A stretch of 61,927 nucleotides of DNA, the filler included, from Actinomycetota bacterium (lineage in GTDB: Bacteria; Actinomycetota; Actinomycetes; JAKEEW01): NCBI GenBank assembly GCA_046725875.1. It is 4 parts of 4 records of this genome, joined end to end, with 100 filler letters (N's around TTAATTAATTAA, not from the genome) between each part and the next. Parts side by side here need not be neighbours in the genome. Positions count along the whole stretch, not along the records: positions 48,666 to 55,333 come from JBKOZJ010000100.1; positions 55,434 to 61,927 come from JBKOZJ010000101.1; 2 more parts are not named here. One strand, given 5' to 3'. A program made the position numbers and the translations under genes. The notes beneath the pieces were generated by a model that was not told the DNA's origin, ran no database searches, and saw nothing but the letters and a program-made list of their open reading frames with translations. Below, piece after piece: positions 51,954-61,927 of this stretch (its first letter is position 1; every line of letters starts with the position of its first letter).

Positions 51954-54900
51954 ATGTCTTCGGCACCCCACACCATCGCGTACGCACGACACGATGTCAC
52001 CGCGGTCCTCGTCACTCATGACGGAGGGCGGTGGGTCGGTCGGGTCATCGACGCGTTGGCTGCCCAGGAGCGGCCGATCCAGCGAATAGTCGCGGTCGAC
52101 ACGAGCAGCCGCGACAGCACGATCGACCTGCTGAACGAGCGGCTGGGGCCGGACCGAGTGATCAGCCGGCCCCGGGATGTGAGCTTCGGTCAGGCCGTCG
52201 CGTTCGGCATCGGCGCGGTCTTCGGAGGACAGCCGACGCCGCGAATGACGGGCCACCCGGATGAGGCGGTCGACTGGATCTGGGTCCTGCACGACGACTG
52301 CGAGCCGGCCACCGACGCGCTGCATTATCTGCTCGCGCTCGTCGACGAAGACCCTGACGTCGGCGTGGTCGGCCCGAAGGTCCTCGGGTGGTACAACTCG
52401 CGGGAGATCCTCGAGGCCGGCGTCACGATCGCCCCCTCCGGCCGCCGGGAGACCGGGTTGGATCGGGGCGAGGAGGATCAGGGGCAGCATGACGGCCAAC
52501 GAGCCGTCCTGGCGGTCAGCAGCGCCGGCATGCTGGTTCGGCGAGACGTATGGGAGGCGCTGCGCGGCTTCGACCGCAACCTGCCGTTCATGCGCGACGA
52601 CCTCGACTTTTGCTGGCGGGTCAACCAGGCGGGTTGGCGAGTGGTCGTCAATACCGACGCGGTCGTCTACCACGCCGAGGCAGCGGCCCGCGAGCAGCGG
52701 CGGCTGGCGACCAGGGTCGGCCGCGCGCACTACCTGGATCGAGCCCACGCGCTCTACGTGCTCCTGGTAAATCTTAGCCTGGCGAAGGTTCCGTTAGCGC
52801 TTGTCCGGCTTGGGCTCGGCACCCTCGCCCGCGCATTCGGCTATCTCGTCGCCAAGCTGCCCGAATACGCCATCGATGAAGTGCTCGCCCTCGGCTCGGT
52901 TCTCGGCCGGTTGCCGAAACTCGTTACGGCCCGGCTGAGCCGACGCTGGCGGCACCGAGTACGGGCGCGTGAGCTGCGGGCACTTTTCCCGCCGCGGGGC
53001 AGCCAGCTGCGTCACATCGCCGATGCCGTTGCCGAGCGGCTGCCACACAGCCATGTCGGCGTGACGGCCCCGATCGCCGGCGGTCAGACGCTCGAGGCCG
53101 GGCCGGTCTCCGAGGAGGCCGAGGACCTCGAAGGCGACGATCGGCCGATCCTGCGCCGCATCATGGGCCAACCGCTCGTCGTGCTCATGCTCGGCCTCAC
53201 GATTCTTACGCTGCTCGCCGGCCGTGAGCTCATCGGCGGCGGACGACTCATGGGCGGTGCACTGCTCCCAGCACCGGACCACGCCCGCGACCTCTGGTCG
53301 GTCTACCTCAGCTCATGGCACCCAGTCGGCGTGGGCAGCGGAGCAACCGCCACGCCCTACATCGGGGCCCTGGCGGCCTTGTCGAGCATTTGGTTCGGCA
53401 ATGCCTCGCGCGTGGTGGACTTGCTGGTCGTCGGCGCCGTTCCGCTGTGCGGATTGACCGCCTACCTCGCCGCGCGCAAGGTCGTCGCCTCCCGCTTGCT
53501 CCGGCTGTGGGGGGCCGCGGCCTATGCCTTGCTGCCCGCGGTCACCGGCGCGGTCGCGGCCGGCCGGCTGGGCACCACCGTGGGCGCCATTCTGCTTCCC
53601 ATCGCTGGGCTGGGCGTCGTGCGCACCCTCGGGTTGGACGGCCGACCCGGAACCTGGCGGGCCGCCTGGGCGACCGGGCTGCTGCTCGCGATCATCACGG
53701 CGTTCGTCCCAGTCGCCTGGGTGCTGGCTGCGGTGCTTGCGATCGTCGCCGCCATCCTCCGCGCGCGGACCAAGGGCGCCGCGCTCCGCCTGGCCGCAGT
53801 ACTAGTCATCCCCGTCCTCGTCCTGCTCCCGTGGTCGATCGCATTGATTCGCCAGCCGTCGCTGCTGTTCCTCGAGGCCGGCCTGCCTGGACCAGACCTA
53901 TCCGACACCGACGTCAGCCCGTTCGCGCTGCTCCTCCTGCATCCGGGCGGCCCGTCGATGTACCCGGTGTGGATCAGCGCTGGCATTCTCCTCGCCGGGT
54001 TCGCGGCGTTGGTCCGCGGCGAGCGGCGCGGCGTCGTCACCGCCGGCTGGGCTATTACTCTTACCGGCCTAGTGGTCGGCTTGCTGATGAGCCGCGTAGA
54101 GGTAACCGGGCCCACCCTCGTGACCCCCGTGCCCGCATGGCCCGGCTTCGCCACCGTGGTGATGGGCGCCGGCCTGTTGCTCGCGGCGCTGGTCGCCGCC
54201 GAGGGGGCCCGGGATCGAATCGCCGCCGCGAACGTCGCGTGGCAGCGGCCGGTCAGTCTCGTCATCACGCTGCTCGCGATCGTGGCGCCGGCCGTCGCCG
54301 GGCTCTGGTGGATCAGATACGGGGCCGATGGACCGGTAGAGCGGCGCGATCCGGTCGTACTCCCGCAGTTCGTGGCCATGGACGGGCAGACCTCAGATCG
54401 ACCTCGGACTCTGGTTCTCCGCCCGCGTACCGCCGACCTGCTGTCCTATTCACTGCTTCGGGACATCGGCCCCCGGCTCGGCGATGCCGAGACCGCGCCG
54501 CGGCGCGGTACCTATGCCGGGCTCGACCGGATCGTGACCGAGATCGTCACCGGCCACGGCCAGGACGAGGTTGACCAGCTTTCTGACTACGCGATCCGGT
54601 ACGTGCTCCTGACGAGCCCGGTTGACGCCAACCTCACTCGGACGCTGGACGGCGTGCCGGGCCTGGAGCGGGTGAGCATTACCTCGGGTAGCGCCCTGTG
54701 GCGGCTGGACGCGCCGGCAAGCCGGCTGCGGATCGTGCCGCCGCGAGCCGAGGAGGACGGCTCTCTGACGACGATGGCGGCGCCGAAAGCCGCGAAAGCG
54801 GTGCCTGTGGCGTCTCATGAGGTGGACGCGGACACCAACATCCCCGCTGGCCCGGCGGGTCGGCTGCTGGTGCTCGCCGAGAATGCCGACTCCGGGTGGC

Positions 54901-55333
54901 ATGCTACCGTCGACGGGCGATCACTTGAGCCGACCACCTACAACGGCTGGGCCCAAGCGTTCCAGCTGCCCGTGGACGGCGGCCAGCTGGAATTGACCCA
55001 CCACAGTTCTTCCCGGAGCCGTTGGCTACTGGTCCAGGCCTTGACAATAGCTGTTGTCTTTGTGCTGGCACTGCCGGGCGGACGCCGGGCAGGAGAGCGT
55101 TTGGCTGTGGACGAGTCGGCCACCCTCGAGCGGCGGCGCGGCGCGCGGGAACCGCAACCCGAGGCGCTGACGGCCGAGCCCGCCTATGCCGACTTCGCGG
55201 CAGATCCCGGTTCCGCCGGGTCACCCCCGTGGGCTGTTGACGTCCCCGGGGGTTCGCCGCCCTGGGTTCCAGGTGAGGGCTACCCCGATCCGTTCGCCGA
55301 GCCCGTACCGAGCCACGAGCTCGAGCTCTACGA
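51954..55333 (+). CDS. Large multi-TM GT2 glycosyltransferase (cut by gap)
   Basis: VLVTHDG, WIWVLHDD, VSSAGMLVRR, GFD, DDLDFCWR, then many TM segments. Confidence 0.9.
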
Positions 55334-55433
55334 NNNNNNNNNNNNNNNNNNNNNNNNNNNNNNNNNNNNNNNNNNNNTTAATTAATTAANNNNNNNNNNN
55401 NNNNNNNNNNNNNNNNNNNNNNNNNNNNNNNNN
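55334..55433. other. Artificial contig linker
   Basis: N44-TTAATTAATTAA-N44. Confidence 0.99.
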
Positions 55434-55720
55434 ATGTTGCCGATCTCCGCCGAATGCGCCTTGTAGTCCTGCACGTCCACCGTGTAGATCGTCACCCGGG
55501 TGAGGTGCTCAGGTCCACCGCCGGCGTCGGCCAGCGCAGCGAGCAGGTTGCCGAGCGCTATCTCGAACTGGCCCACGATCCCGTCGGCACTGATCTTGCC
55601 GTCGGCGTCAAGGGCGGTTTGGCCGGCGAGGAAGACCAGCCGGCTGCCGGTTGCGCTGACGGCGTGGCTGTAGCCGGACGGCCTAGCCAACCCGGTCGGG
55701 TTATGCCGGTTGAGCGACAT
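55434..55720 (-). CDS. RidA/YjgF family protein (cut by gap)
   Basis: NPTGLARPSGYSHAV, VFLAGQTA, QFEIALGNL. Confidence 0.9.
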
Positions 55721-55740
55721 CACAGCTTCCCCCCATTTCG

Positions 55741-55821
55741 CATGAATGTGCCATTCGCTCGAAACCCTCCAGAATGAACGGCACTTTCGCTCGAACCTAT
55801 CGAGCCAACGGCACATTCATC
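55741..55821. repeat. REP-like palindromic repeat, locus B
   Basis: CATGAATGTGCCATTCGCTCGA...TTCGCTCGA-ACCTA-TCGAGCCAACGGCACATTCATC. Confidence 0.88.
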
Positions 55822-55828
55822 TCGGCGA

Positions 55829-56590
55829 TCATGACATGACGGCGCCGCCGTCGACGTTGATGCCCTGGCCGGTGATCGAGCCAGTGTCGTCGTCGACCAG
55901 GAGACGGACGGCCCGCGCGACCTCGTCGACGGTGATGAGGCGGCCGATCGGCTGCATCTTCTCCAGCCGCTGCCGCGCCTGCTCGGCGGTCATCCCGGTC
56001 GCCTGCATGATCGCATCGACCGTCCCGTCCGTCATCACCGTGTCGACGTAGGCGGGGCAGACCGCATTGGCTGTGACGCCGGTCCGGGCGAGCTCGGCGG
56101 CGATCGATCGGACCAGTCCCAACAGGCCGTGCTTTGAGGCGGCGTACGCAGCCGTATAAGGGGCTCCGGCCTTCGACAGGACCGAGCCGATGGCGATGAT
56201 CCGACCGTAGCCGCGCTCCGTCATGGCCGGCACCGCGCGCCGGATGCAGCGGAACGGCGCGGTCAGATTGATCGCGAGGGTGGCGTCCCACAGCTCATCG
56301 GTCGTCCGCTGGATGGGAGCACCGGTCGCCGCTCCCGCGTTGGCTACGAGTATCTCGACCGGACCGAACGCGGCCTCGACCTCCCCGTACACCATCTCGA
56401 CCGCGTCAGGGTCGGTCAGGTCCGCCGGAAGGACGAGCGCCGGCCCGGGAAGCTCGTTGGCCGTCTCCTCGAGCTGGTCCCTGCTCCGCGCTACGAGCGC
56501 GACCCGGTGCCCGATCTTGGAGAGGTCGGCGGCCACGCCACGGCCGATTCCCCGGCCCGCGCCCGTCACCAAGCACACCCGTTCGACCAC
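55829..56590 (-). CDS. Short-chain dehydrogenase/reductase
   Basis: TGAGRGIG, ANAG, YAASKHG, NAVCPAYVDT, TGQGINVDGG. Confidence 0.95.
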   Translation of the reverse strand: MVERVCLVTGAGRGIGRGVAADLSKIGHRVALVARSRDQLEETANELPGPALVLPADLTDPDAVEMVYGEVEAAFGPVEILVANAGAATGAPIQRTTDELWDATLAINLTAPFRCIRRAVPAMTERGYGRIIAIGSVLSKAGAPYTAAYAASKHGLLGLVRSIAAELARTGVTANAVCPAYVDTVMTDGTVDAIMQATGMTAEQARQRLEKMQPIGRLITVDEVARAVRLLVDDDTGSITGQGINVDGGAVMS

Positions 56591-57059
56591 GGCATCCCTC
56601 CCGCGGCTGGACCACCAGCGTCGCGAAGCGCTGTGTAACAGGTCTTGGAGCGCCTAGATCGGCGCCCCTTGCCCACAATTGCAGCCCTCGATCACGGCAA
56701 TCAAGGCGCCCAGATACGACGGATCGCAGTGCTCGGCCTTGGAAACGATCAGGCCGTGTGCCAGGACCGCGAGATTACGGCGAAACGGAATCATGCAGTG
56801 TGCCGAAACCATGACGAATCCGCGCTCCGAGTCCAGGTCTTCGCACATTGCATGCTCACGACTGCTCGAATTTTCCGGGCCGGCGCACTCCGCCTGATCA
56901 TCTACTCCACTGCGAGCCCAGACCAAGATCGCCAAGAGCCCCAGCGGGATGAGCAGCACGAGCCACGTGCGCCGGCGGCGGCACCACCGACTCGCAGGTG
57001 AGCCGGTGGCGACACCGCCCGACTGGCGGGTGGGCAAGAGGGCCGCGAGGATAACGACT

Positions 57060-58244
57060 ATGGATACACCGATGGACGCCTGGCTGATCGCTGCGATCCG
57101 CACCCCGTTCGGCCGGCATCGCGGCGGGCTCTCTGGCGTACGGGTCGACGACCTGGCGGCGCTGCCGATCGCCGAGCTGCTCAAGCGGCTACCCTCCCTG
57201 GACCCGGCCCGGATCGATGACGTGGTCTTGGGCGACACGAACGGCGCCGGCGAGGACAACCGCAACGTCGCGCGGATGGCCGCCCTGCTCGCGGGGCTGC
57301 CGGTGACCGTGCCCGGCACGACGGTCAACCGGCTCTGTGGCTCCGGCGGCGAGGCGATGGTAGGTGCTGCCCGCGCGCTGACGCTTGGCGATGCGCAGCT
57401 GATCGTTGCCGGTGGGGTGGAGGGCATGTCGCGGGCACCGTTCGTACTGCCTAAGCCGGACGATGCGCTGCCGCGGCAGATGACGCTCCATCAGACGACC
57501 GTTGGCTGGCGGATGGTCAACCCGCGCTTTCCGGAGACCTGGACGCGGTCGCTCGGTGAATGCGCCGAGCAGGTGGCTCGGGAGTACGGCATCGGGCGGA
57601 CCGAGCAAGACGAGTGGGCGGTACGGTCCCACAGCCGGGCCGCGGCGGCCTGGGACGCCGGGCTCCATGACGACTACGTCCTCGAAGTGGAGGGCGTGAA
57701 GCGGGACGAGTCCGTCCGGTCGGACACGAACACCACGACCCTGGGGACGCTGCGCCCAGCCTTCACGACGGACGGCGAGGTCACCGCGGGCAACTCGGCA
57801 CCGATCAACGACGGCGCCATCGCCGTGCTGATGGGTACCGAGACGGCCGCGGCCGAGCTCGATGTCGAGCCGTTCGGCCGGGTGATCGCGAGTGCGGTCA
57901 GCGCATTGGAGCCCGACCGCTTCGCCCTCGCGCCCGTGACCGCGGTCGCTCGTGCACTCGGGCGAGCCGGCAAGACCCTCGACGACATGGCGGTCGTCGA
58001 GATCAACGAGGCGTTTGCCGCGATGGTGCTCTCCTGCTTGCACGACATGCCCGACCTCGACGGCACCCGGGACCGGGTAAATCCGAACGGTGGCGCGCTC
58101 GCCTATGGCCATCCGCTGGGAGCGTCCATGCCCCGGGTCGTCGTCGACCTCTGCCGGGAGTTGCGCCGCCGTGGCGGCGGCGTCGGCGTCGCCGCCTGCT
58201 GCATCGGCGTCGGTCAGGGTCTCGCAGTCGTCTGCGAGGTGTGA
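57060..58244 (+). CDS. Thiolase (PcaF/PaaJ-like acetyl-CoA acyltransferase)
   Basis: RTPFGR, GEDNRNVARM, NRLCGSG, NEAFA, GHPLGAS, CIGVGQG; start 57060 or 57072. Confidence 0.94.
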   Translation: MDTPMDAWLIAAIRTPFGRHRGGLSGVRVDDLAALPIAELLKRLPSLDPARIDDVVLGDTNGAGEDNRNVARMAALLAGLPVTVPGTTVNRLCGSGGEAMVGAARALTLGDAQLIVAGGVEGMSRAPFVLPKPDDALPRQMTLHQTTVGWRMVNPRFPETWTRSLGECAEQVAREYGIGRTEQDEWAVRSHSRAAAAWDAGLHDDYVLEVEGVKRDESVRSDTNTTTLGTLRPAFTTDGEVTAGNSAPINDGAIAVLMGTETAAAELDVEPFGRVIASAVSALEPDRFALAPVTAVARALGRAGKTLDDMAVVEINEAFAAMVLSCLHDMPDLDGTRDRVNPNGGALAYGHPLGASMPRVVVDLCRELRRRGGGVGVAACCIGVGQGLAVVCEV

Positions 58245-59050
58245 CGATGGGCGGACCGACCGACTCCTACAAGGACATCACTTACCAGGTCGAGGGCGGT
58301 GGCGTCGCGGTCATCACAATCAACCGGCCGGAGCGGATGAACGCCTTCCGCGGACGGACTGTGGATGAGCTCATCCACGCCTTCAAAACCGCCTGGTCAT
58401 CGGATGATGTAGCAGCCGTGGTGCTGACCGGTGCCGGCGACAAGGCATTCTGCGCCGGGGGCGATGTGAAGGAACGTGCCCAGACCGGCGGCTACGGCGA
58501 GACCGAGTGGGGCACGTTCGAAATCGAGCGGCTGCACCGCATCATTCGGGACATACCGAAGCCGGTCATCGCCGCCGTCAACGGGGTGGCCGTCGGCGGT
58601 GGGCACGTACTCCATGTCCTGTGTGACCTCTCGATCGCGGCGGCACATGCCACGTTCGGGCAGAGTGGGCCGCGGGTCGGGTCGTTCGACGCCGGGTTCG
58701 GCTCCGCTTACCTCGCCCGGGTTGTGGGCGAGAAGCGTGCTCGGCAGATCTGGTTCCTGCTCGATTTGTACGACGCGGAGACCGCCGAGCGGTGGGGTCT
58801 TGTAAACGCTGTCGTGCCCGCCGAAGCCCTGCTGCCGATGGCTCTCGAATGGGGTCGGAAGATCGCTGCGTATTCGCCGACGGCGCTGCGGTTCCTCAAG
58901 CACTCGTTCAACGCGGACACCGAGAACATCGGCGGACTCTCGCATCTCGCGTTCGACGGTCTCGAGCTGTTCCAGCACAGCGAGGAGGGCATGGAAGGGG
59001 CGCGCGCCTTTGCCGAGAAGCGCCCGCCCGACTTCCGCCGCTTCCGCTAA
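58241..59050 (+). CDS. MenB/BadI-like crotonase
   Basis: INRPERMNAF, AFCAGGD, AVGGGHVLH, GPRVGSFDAGFG, EKRPPDF; coupled to the thiolase. Confidence 0.88.
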   Translation: MTMGGPTDSYKDITYQVEGGGVAVITINRPERMNAFRGRTVDELIHAFKTAWSSDDVAAVVLTGAGDKAFCAGGDVKERAQTGGYGETEWGTFEIERLHRIIRDIPKPVIAAVNGVAVGGGHVLHVLCDLSIAAAHATFGQSGPRVGSFDAGFGSAYLARVVGEKRARQIWFLLDLYDAETAERWGLVNAVVPAEALLPMALEWGRKIAAYSPTALRFLKHSFNADTENIGGLSHLAFDGLELFQHSEEGMEGARAFAEKRPPDFRRFR

Positions 59051-59070
59051 CACCAACGCTCACGCCAACG

Positions 59071-59153
59071 GATGAATGTGCCGTTCAGTCGATAGGTTCG
59101 AGTCAACGGCACATTCATCCCAGTCGGATTCGAGTGAATGTGCCGTTCGAGCG
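59071..59153. repeat. REP-like palindromic repeat, locus C
   Basis: GATGAATGTGCCGTTCAGTCGA-TAGGT-TCGAGTCAACGGCACATTCATC (59071-59119) plus a partial copy at 59134. Confidence 0.9.
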
Positions 59154-59160
59154 CAACCGA

Positions 59161-60807
59161 CTAGTGACCCCGGAAGGCCTCCTCGAGCCACCACGCCCCG
59201 CGGTTCGAAGTCACCTTCGCGTCTAGCACGATCGGTCGGTCGCGGGGACCGTCGAGCCACTCGGCTAGCGCATGCAAGTCCGCAGTCTTACGCACGGTCG
59301 ACGCCGCACAGCCGAAACCACGCCCGATCCCGGCGATGTCGGTCCCTGGAAAGGTAACGGTACTGAGCGGATGCCGGTCGGGGCCGAAGTGATGGACCTC
59401 CGCGCCGTACGCCTCATCGTTATAGATGACCACGACGAGCGGCAGGCCCAAGCGCACCGCGGTCTCCAGCTCGGCAATGCTCATGAGCGCGCCGCCGTCG
59501 CCGAGGGCGGCGACGGGCAAGCGGTCCGGCCGACCAAGTGCGGCACCGATCGCGGTGGCCAGGCCGAGCCCAATCGATTGGAAGGCTTGCGTGAAGCAGA
59601 AGCCATCGTCATCGGGAACCGAGAGATACATGCTCGGGAAGCCCATGAAATTGCCCGAATCGACGGACACGGTCCGCTCGGCCGGCAGCAGGTCGTCGAC
59701 GGCGATGGAGAGCGTCCGAGGATCGATGCGGCTCCCATCCGACTCGTCCTCGTACGGCACGTCCCGCCATCTGACCTCCCGCGCGATCCGATCGGCCAAT
59801 GCCCCGTCACGGTATCCAGGCGCGCGGTAGGCATCCCCAGCAAGCGCAGCCTCCACCGCCACTGCCGCCTCGGCCACATCACCAAGGACGCCGAGGTGGA
59901 TCGGGCGATTTGCACCCAGTGCGTCGGGATCGAGGTCGACCTGGACAACCACTGTATCGGGGCCGACCAGTACGCCATGCCGCATAGTCCACATATTGAG
60001 CGAACAGCCCCAGCCGACGACGAGGTCTGCCCCGGCGATGAGTTCCGCGGCCAGCGGCGATGCGAAGCCGCCGGAAACGTCGAGATACCAGGGGTTCCCG
60101 TTGAACAGCCCCTTCGCCACGGCGCTGGTCGCAAGCAGAGCGCCGACCCGGTCCGCAAGAGCTTCGAGCTGCGGCCGCGCCCGTGCCACCCGAGCACCAC
60201 GCCCGGCGATGAAGACGGGCGCATTTGAACGCCTAAGCAGGTCGGCAAACTCGCTCACCGTCGTGGGCGACGGGCTTGGCGGATGTACGGATGACAGCGC
60301 GGGCACCGTCGGATCGGGACAATCCGCGGCCTGTACATCCAACGGCATCGACAGCACCACCGTGCGGCGTTCGACGATTGCCCGCTGGACCGCACGGATG
60401 GTGTCGGCAATCGCGCTTGCCGGCGAGTGCAGACGCTCGGGCGTCGCACCAACCGCGGTGGCCAGCGCATCCTGCTCAACGCGGAAGTTACTCCTAACGG
60501 CGGCACCGGCAGTATCGGCCGCGAGCACCAAAAGGGGCGTACGGCTCTTTGCCGCCTCGGTGATGCCGGTCATCGCATTCGTCAGTCCGGGTCCCTGATG
60601 GACGGTAACCGCGGCAACCTCGCGGCTCACCCGAGCGTAGGCGTCTGCCATCGTCGCGGCGCCGCCCTCGTGTCTCGCCGCGACGAACCGCGCGCCCGCG
60701 TCGATCAGGGCGTTGGTGACGTGGAAGTTGCCGCTGCCCACGACGCCGAATACCTGGCGTACTCCCAAGTGAGCCAACGCACGGCCCACAGCCCCGGCGA
60801 CGTTCAT
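59161..60807 (-). CDS. Thiamine pyrophosphate-dependent enzyme (acetolactate synthase-like fold)
   Basis: ARHEGGA, HQGPGLTN, GDGGALM...NDEAYG TPP motif. Confidence 0.93.
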   Translation of the reverse strand: MNVAGAVGRALAHLGVRQVFGVVGSGNFHVTNALIDAGARFVAARHEGGAATMADAYARVSREVAAVTVHQGPGLTNAMTGITEAAKSRTPLLVLAADTAGAAVRSNFRVEQDALATAVGATPERLHSPASAIADTIRAVQRAIVERRTVVLSMPLDVQAADCPDPTVPALSSVHPPSPSPTTVSEFADLLRRSNAPVFIAGRGARVARARPQLEALADRVGALLATSAVAKGLFNGNPWYLDVSGGFASPLAAELIAGADLVVGWGCSLNMWTMRHGVLVGPDTVVVQVDLDPDALGANRPIHLGVLGDVAEAAVAVEAALAGDAYRAPGYRDGALADRIAREVRWRDVPYEDESDGSRIDPRTLSIAVDDLLPAERTVSVDSGNFMGFPSMYLSVPDDDGFCFTQAFQSIGLGLATAIGAALGRPDRLPVAALGDGGALMSIAELETAVRLGLPLVVVIYNDEAYGAEVHHFGPDRHPLSTVTFPGTDIAGIGRGFGCAASTVRKTADLHALAEWLDGPRDRPIVLDAKVTSNRGAWWLEEAFRGH

Positions 60808-60818
60808 GGTCTGCTCGG

Positions 60819-61595
60819 TTAAGAACGCTCGACGAGTGCGAGCACACGAGCCGGGCTACCGGATCCGCGGACGATCGGCAACGGGCCGGTCAGGACGACG
60901 GCACCGATCGGCGGCAGGGTCGCGAGGTTCTGCAGTTGCGTGAGCCCGTACTTCCCCGCGCCGAGCAGGAACGAGTGGCACGGGAACGGTGGCTCGAACG
61001 AATGTGCGGCCCCGGCGTCGGTCCCGACCGTCTCGACGCCAACGCCGATGATCGGGGCTTCGCCAGCGAGCCAGCGGGCGCACTCGACCGTGATCCCCGG
61101 CGTGTGCGGGCCGGTCTCATTCGCGTTTAGGAAGCTCTGCTGGTCGGTGGAGCGCTCGTCCCAGCCGGTGCGATAAAGCAGCCATGAGCCCTCGGGCAAG
61201 GCGCCGTGCTGCTTCTCCCAGTCCCGGACGTGGTCGACCTCGAGCAGGAAGTCGGGGTCGGCCGCCGCTTCCGGAGTCTTGTCGATGACCACGGCCGGTG
61301 CGATGAGGTGGCGAAGGGCGATCTGCGAAATGTCCGACTTGTCCTGGCCGGTTACCCAATGGATCGGCGCATCCACGTGGGTGCCTGTGTGCTCGCCGCC
61401 CGAGAAGTTGTTCCAGTACCACGCCGGTCCGCGCTCGTCGTAGTGGCTGATCTCCTCCCGGGAGAACGGAATCGTGTTGCCAAAGGGTGGAGGCAGCTGG
61501 ATGATCGGCGTCTCCTCAGACAGCGGAGCCGTCAGATCGACGATCTCGATCGAGCCGTTCCCGATTCCCGCTAGCAGATCGCCGAGCACCGCCAC
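60819..61595 (-). CDS. Cyclase family metallohydrolase (kynurenine formamidase/isatin hydrolase-like)
   Basis: GEHTGTHVDAPIHW, ETVGTDAG, GSGSPARVLA; GGAGG before GTG. Confidence 0.93.
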   Translation of the reverse strand: MAVLGDLLAGIGNGSIEIVDLTAPLSEETPIIQLPPPFGNTIPFSREEISHYDERGPAWYWNNFSGGEHTGTHVDAPIHWVTGQDKSDISQIALRHLIAPAVVIDKTPEAAADPDFLLEVDHVRDWEKQHGALPEGSWLLYRTGWDERSTDQQSFLNANETGPHTPGITVECARWLAGEAPIIGVGVETVGTDAGAAHSFEPPFPCHSFLLGAGKYGLTQLQNLATLPPIGAVVLTGPLPIVRGSGSPARVLALVERS

Positions 61596-61742
61596 AGCGC
61601 CACCTCCAAGAGCCGACCACGGATCGCAACCGCGACAGTCATGCCACATCCGCGGCGGACACTATGCCTGTACATACCACCCGTCAACGTGGGGTCTGCC
61701 GTGCCAATGCGCCGGTGCGGCCGGCACAAAATGTCGGTGGCT

Positions 61743-61927
61743 ATGCCTACCCGCGAACGCGTGTTCGAGTTCGCCGTCCTCGACCCGGCGGTCGACCCGG
61801 TTGGTGAGCCGGTCGACCCGCTCGTCGACTGGTGGGGCGAGATCGACCTGCCTGGCGGGGGAGACCACCCGGTCTCGGTGACAGGGACCGGTTCGGGGCC
61901 GGACATGATGCAGCCGCCCGCCGAGTG
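61743..61927 (+). CDS. Hypothetical protein N-terminus running off the window
   Basis: Open frame MPTRERVFEFAVLDPAVDPVGEPVDPLVDWWGEIDL... with GC3-biased codons. Confidence 0.45.
   Translation, partial: MPTRERVFEFAVLDPAVDPVGEPVDPLVDWWGEIDLPGGGDHPVSVTGTGSGPDMMQPPAE

Noticed and set aside
56654..57050. Minus-strand frame with a TM-like stretch (RRTWLVLLIPLGLLAILVW)
   Set aside because: No convincing start or RBS and weak codon bias downstream; cannot be supported as a gene.
58241..59050. Assigning the symbol menB
   Set aside because: Context is catabolic, no men genes are nearby, and the C-terminal Tyr is not conserved.

Overview
High-GC actinomycete chromosomal DNA, apparently a draft or metagenome assembly. 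The window is four contigs (1-26339, 26440-48565, 48666-55333, 55434-61927) joined by three 100-nt artificial linkers (N44-TTAATTAATTAA-N44), so adjacency across linkers means nothing. Contig 1 has a Ser/Thr kinase, tRNA-Lys, DoxX, glcD-glcF divergent from a MurR/RpiR regulator, a zincin, a metallophosphoesterase, an SOS-boxed UvrD-like helicase and tRNA-Glu/Asp/Phe. A 13-kb accessory tract follows, with intact single genes separated by short relics of qcrB, padR, Tn3 tnpA, arsR and a GT2. Contig 2 is the conserved block downstream of an rrn operon (23S 3' end, 5S, TPR, ssb-like, DUF1015, HAD, tlyA, ppnK, recN, steA, steB, MraY-like, murJ-like, GT4, pyrG, NUDIX) plus an S66 peptidase and an ABC-F. 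Contig 3 is fbiB-cofD/whiB-GT2. Contig 4 is a CoA-dependent catabolic cluster. I see no phage, CRISPR, integrase or recognisable defence system, and no clearly new multi-gene system. The best leads are non-coding: a dispersed 49-bp palindromic repeat family at three loci, a nested REPIN-like palindrome, a pyrG leader built like a CTP-sensing start-site switch, a 3-codon uORF and hairpins before the ABC-F, in-frame repeat and hairpin insertions in cofD, and a MurR-like regulator wired to a GlcDF dehydrogenase. All protein calls come from motif recognition by eye, without database searches.
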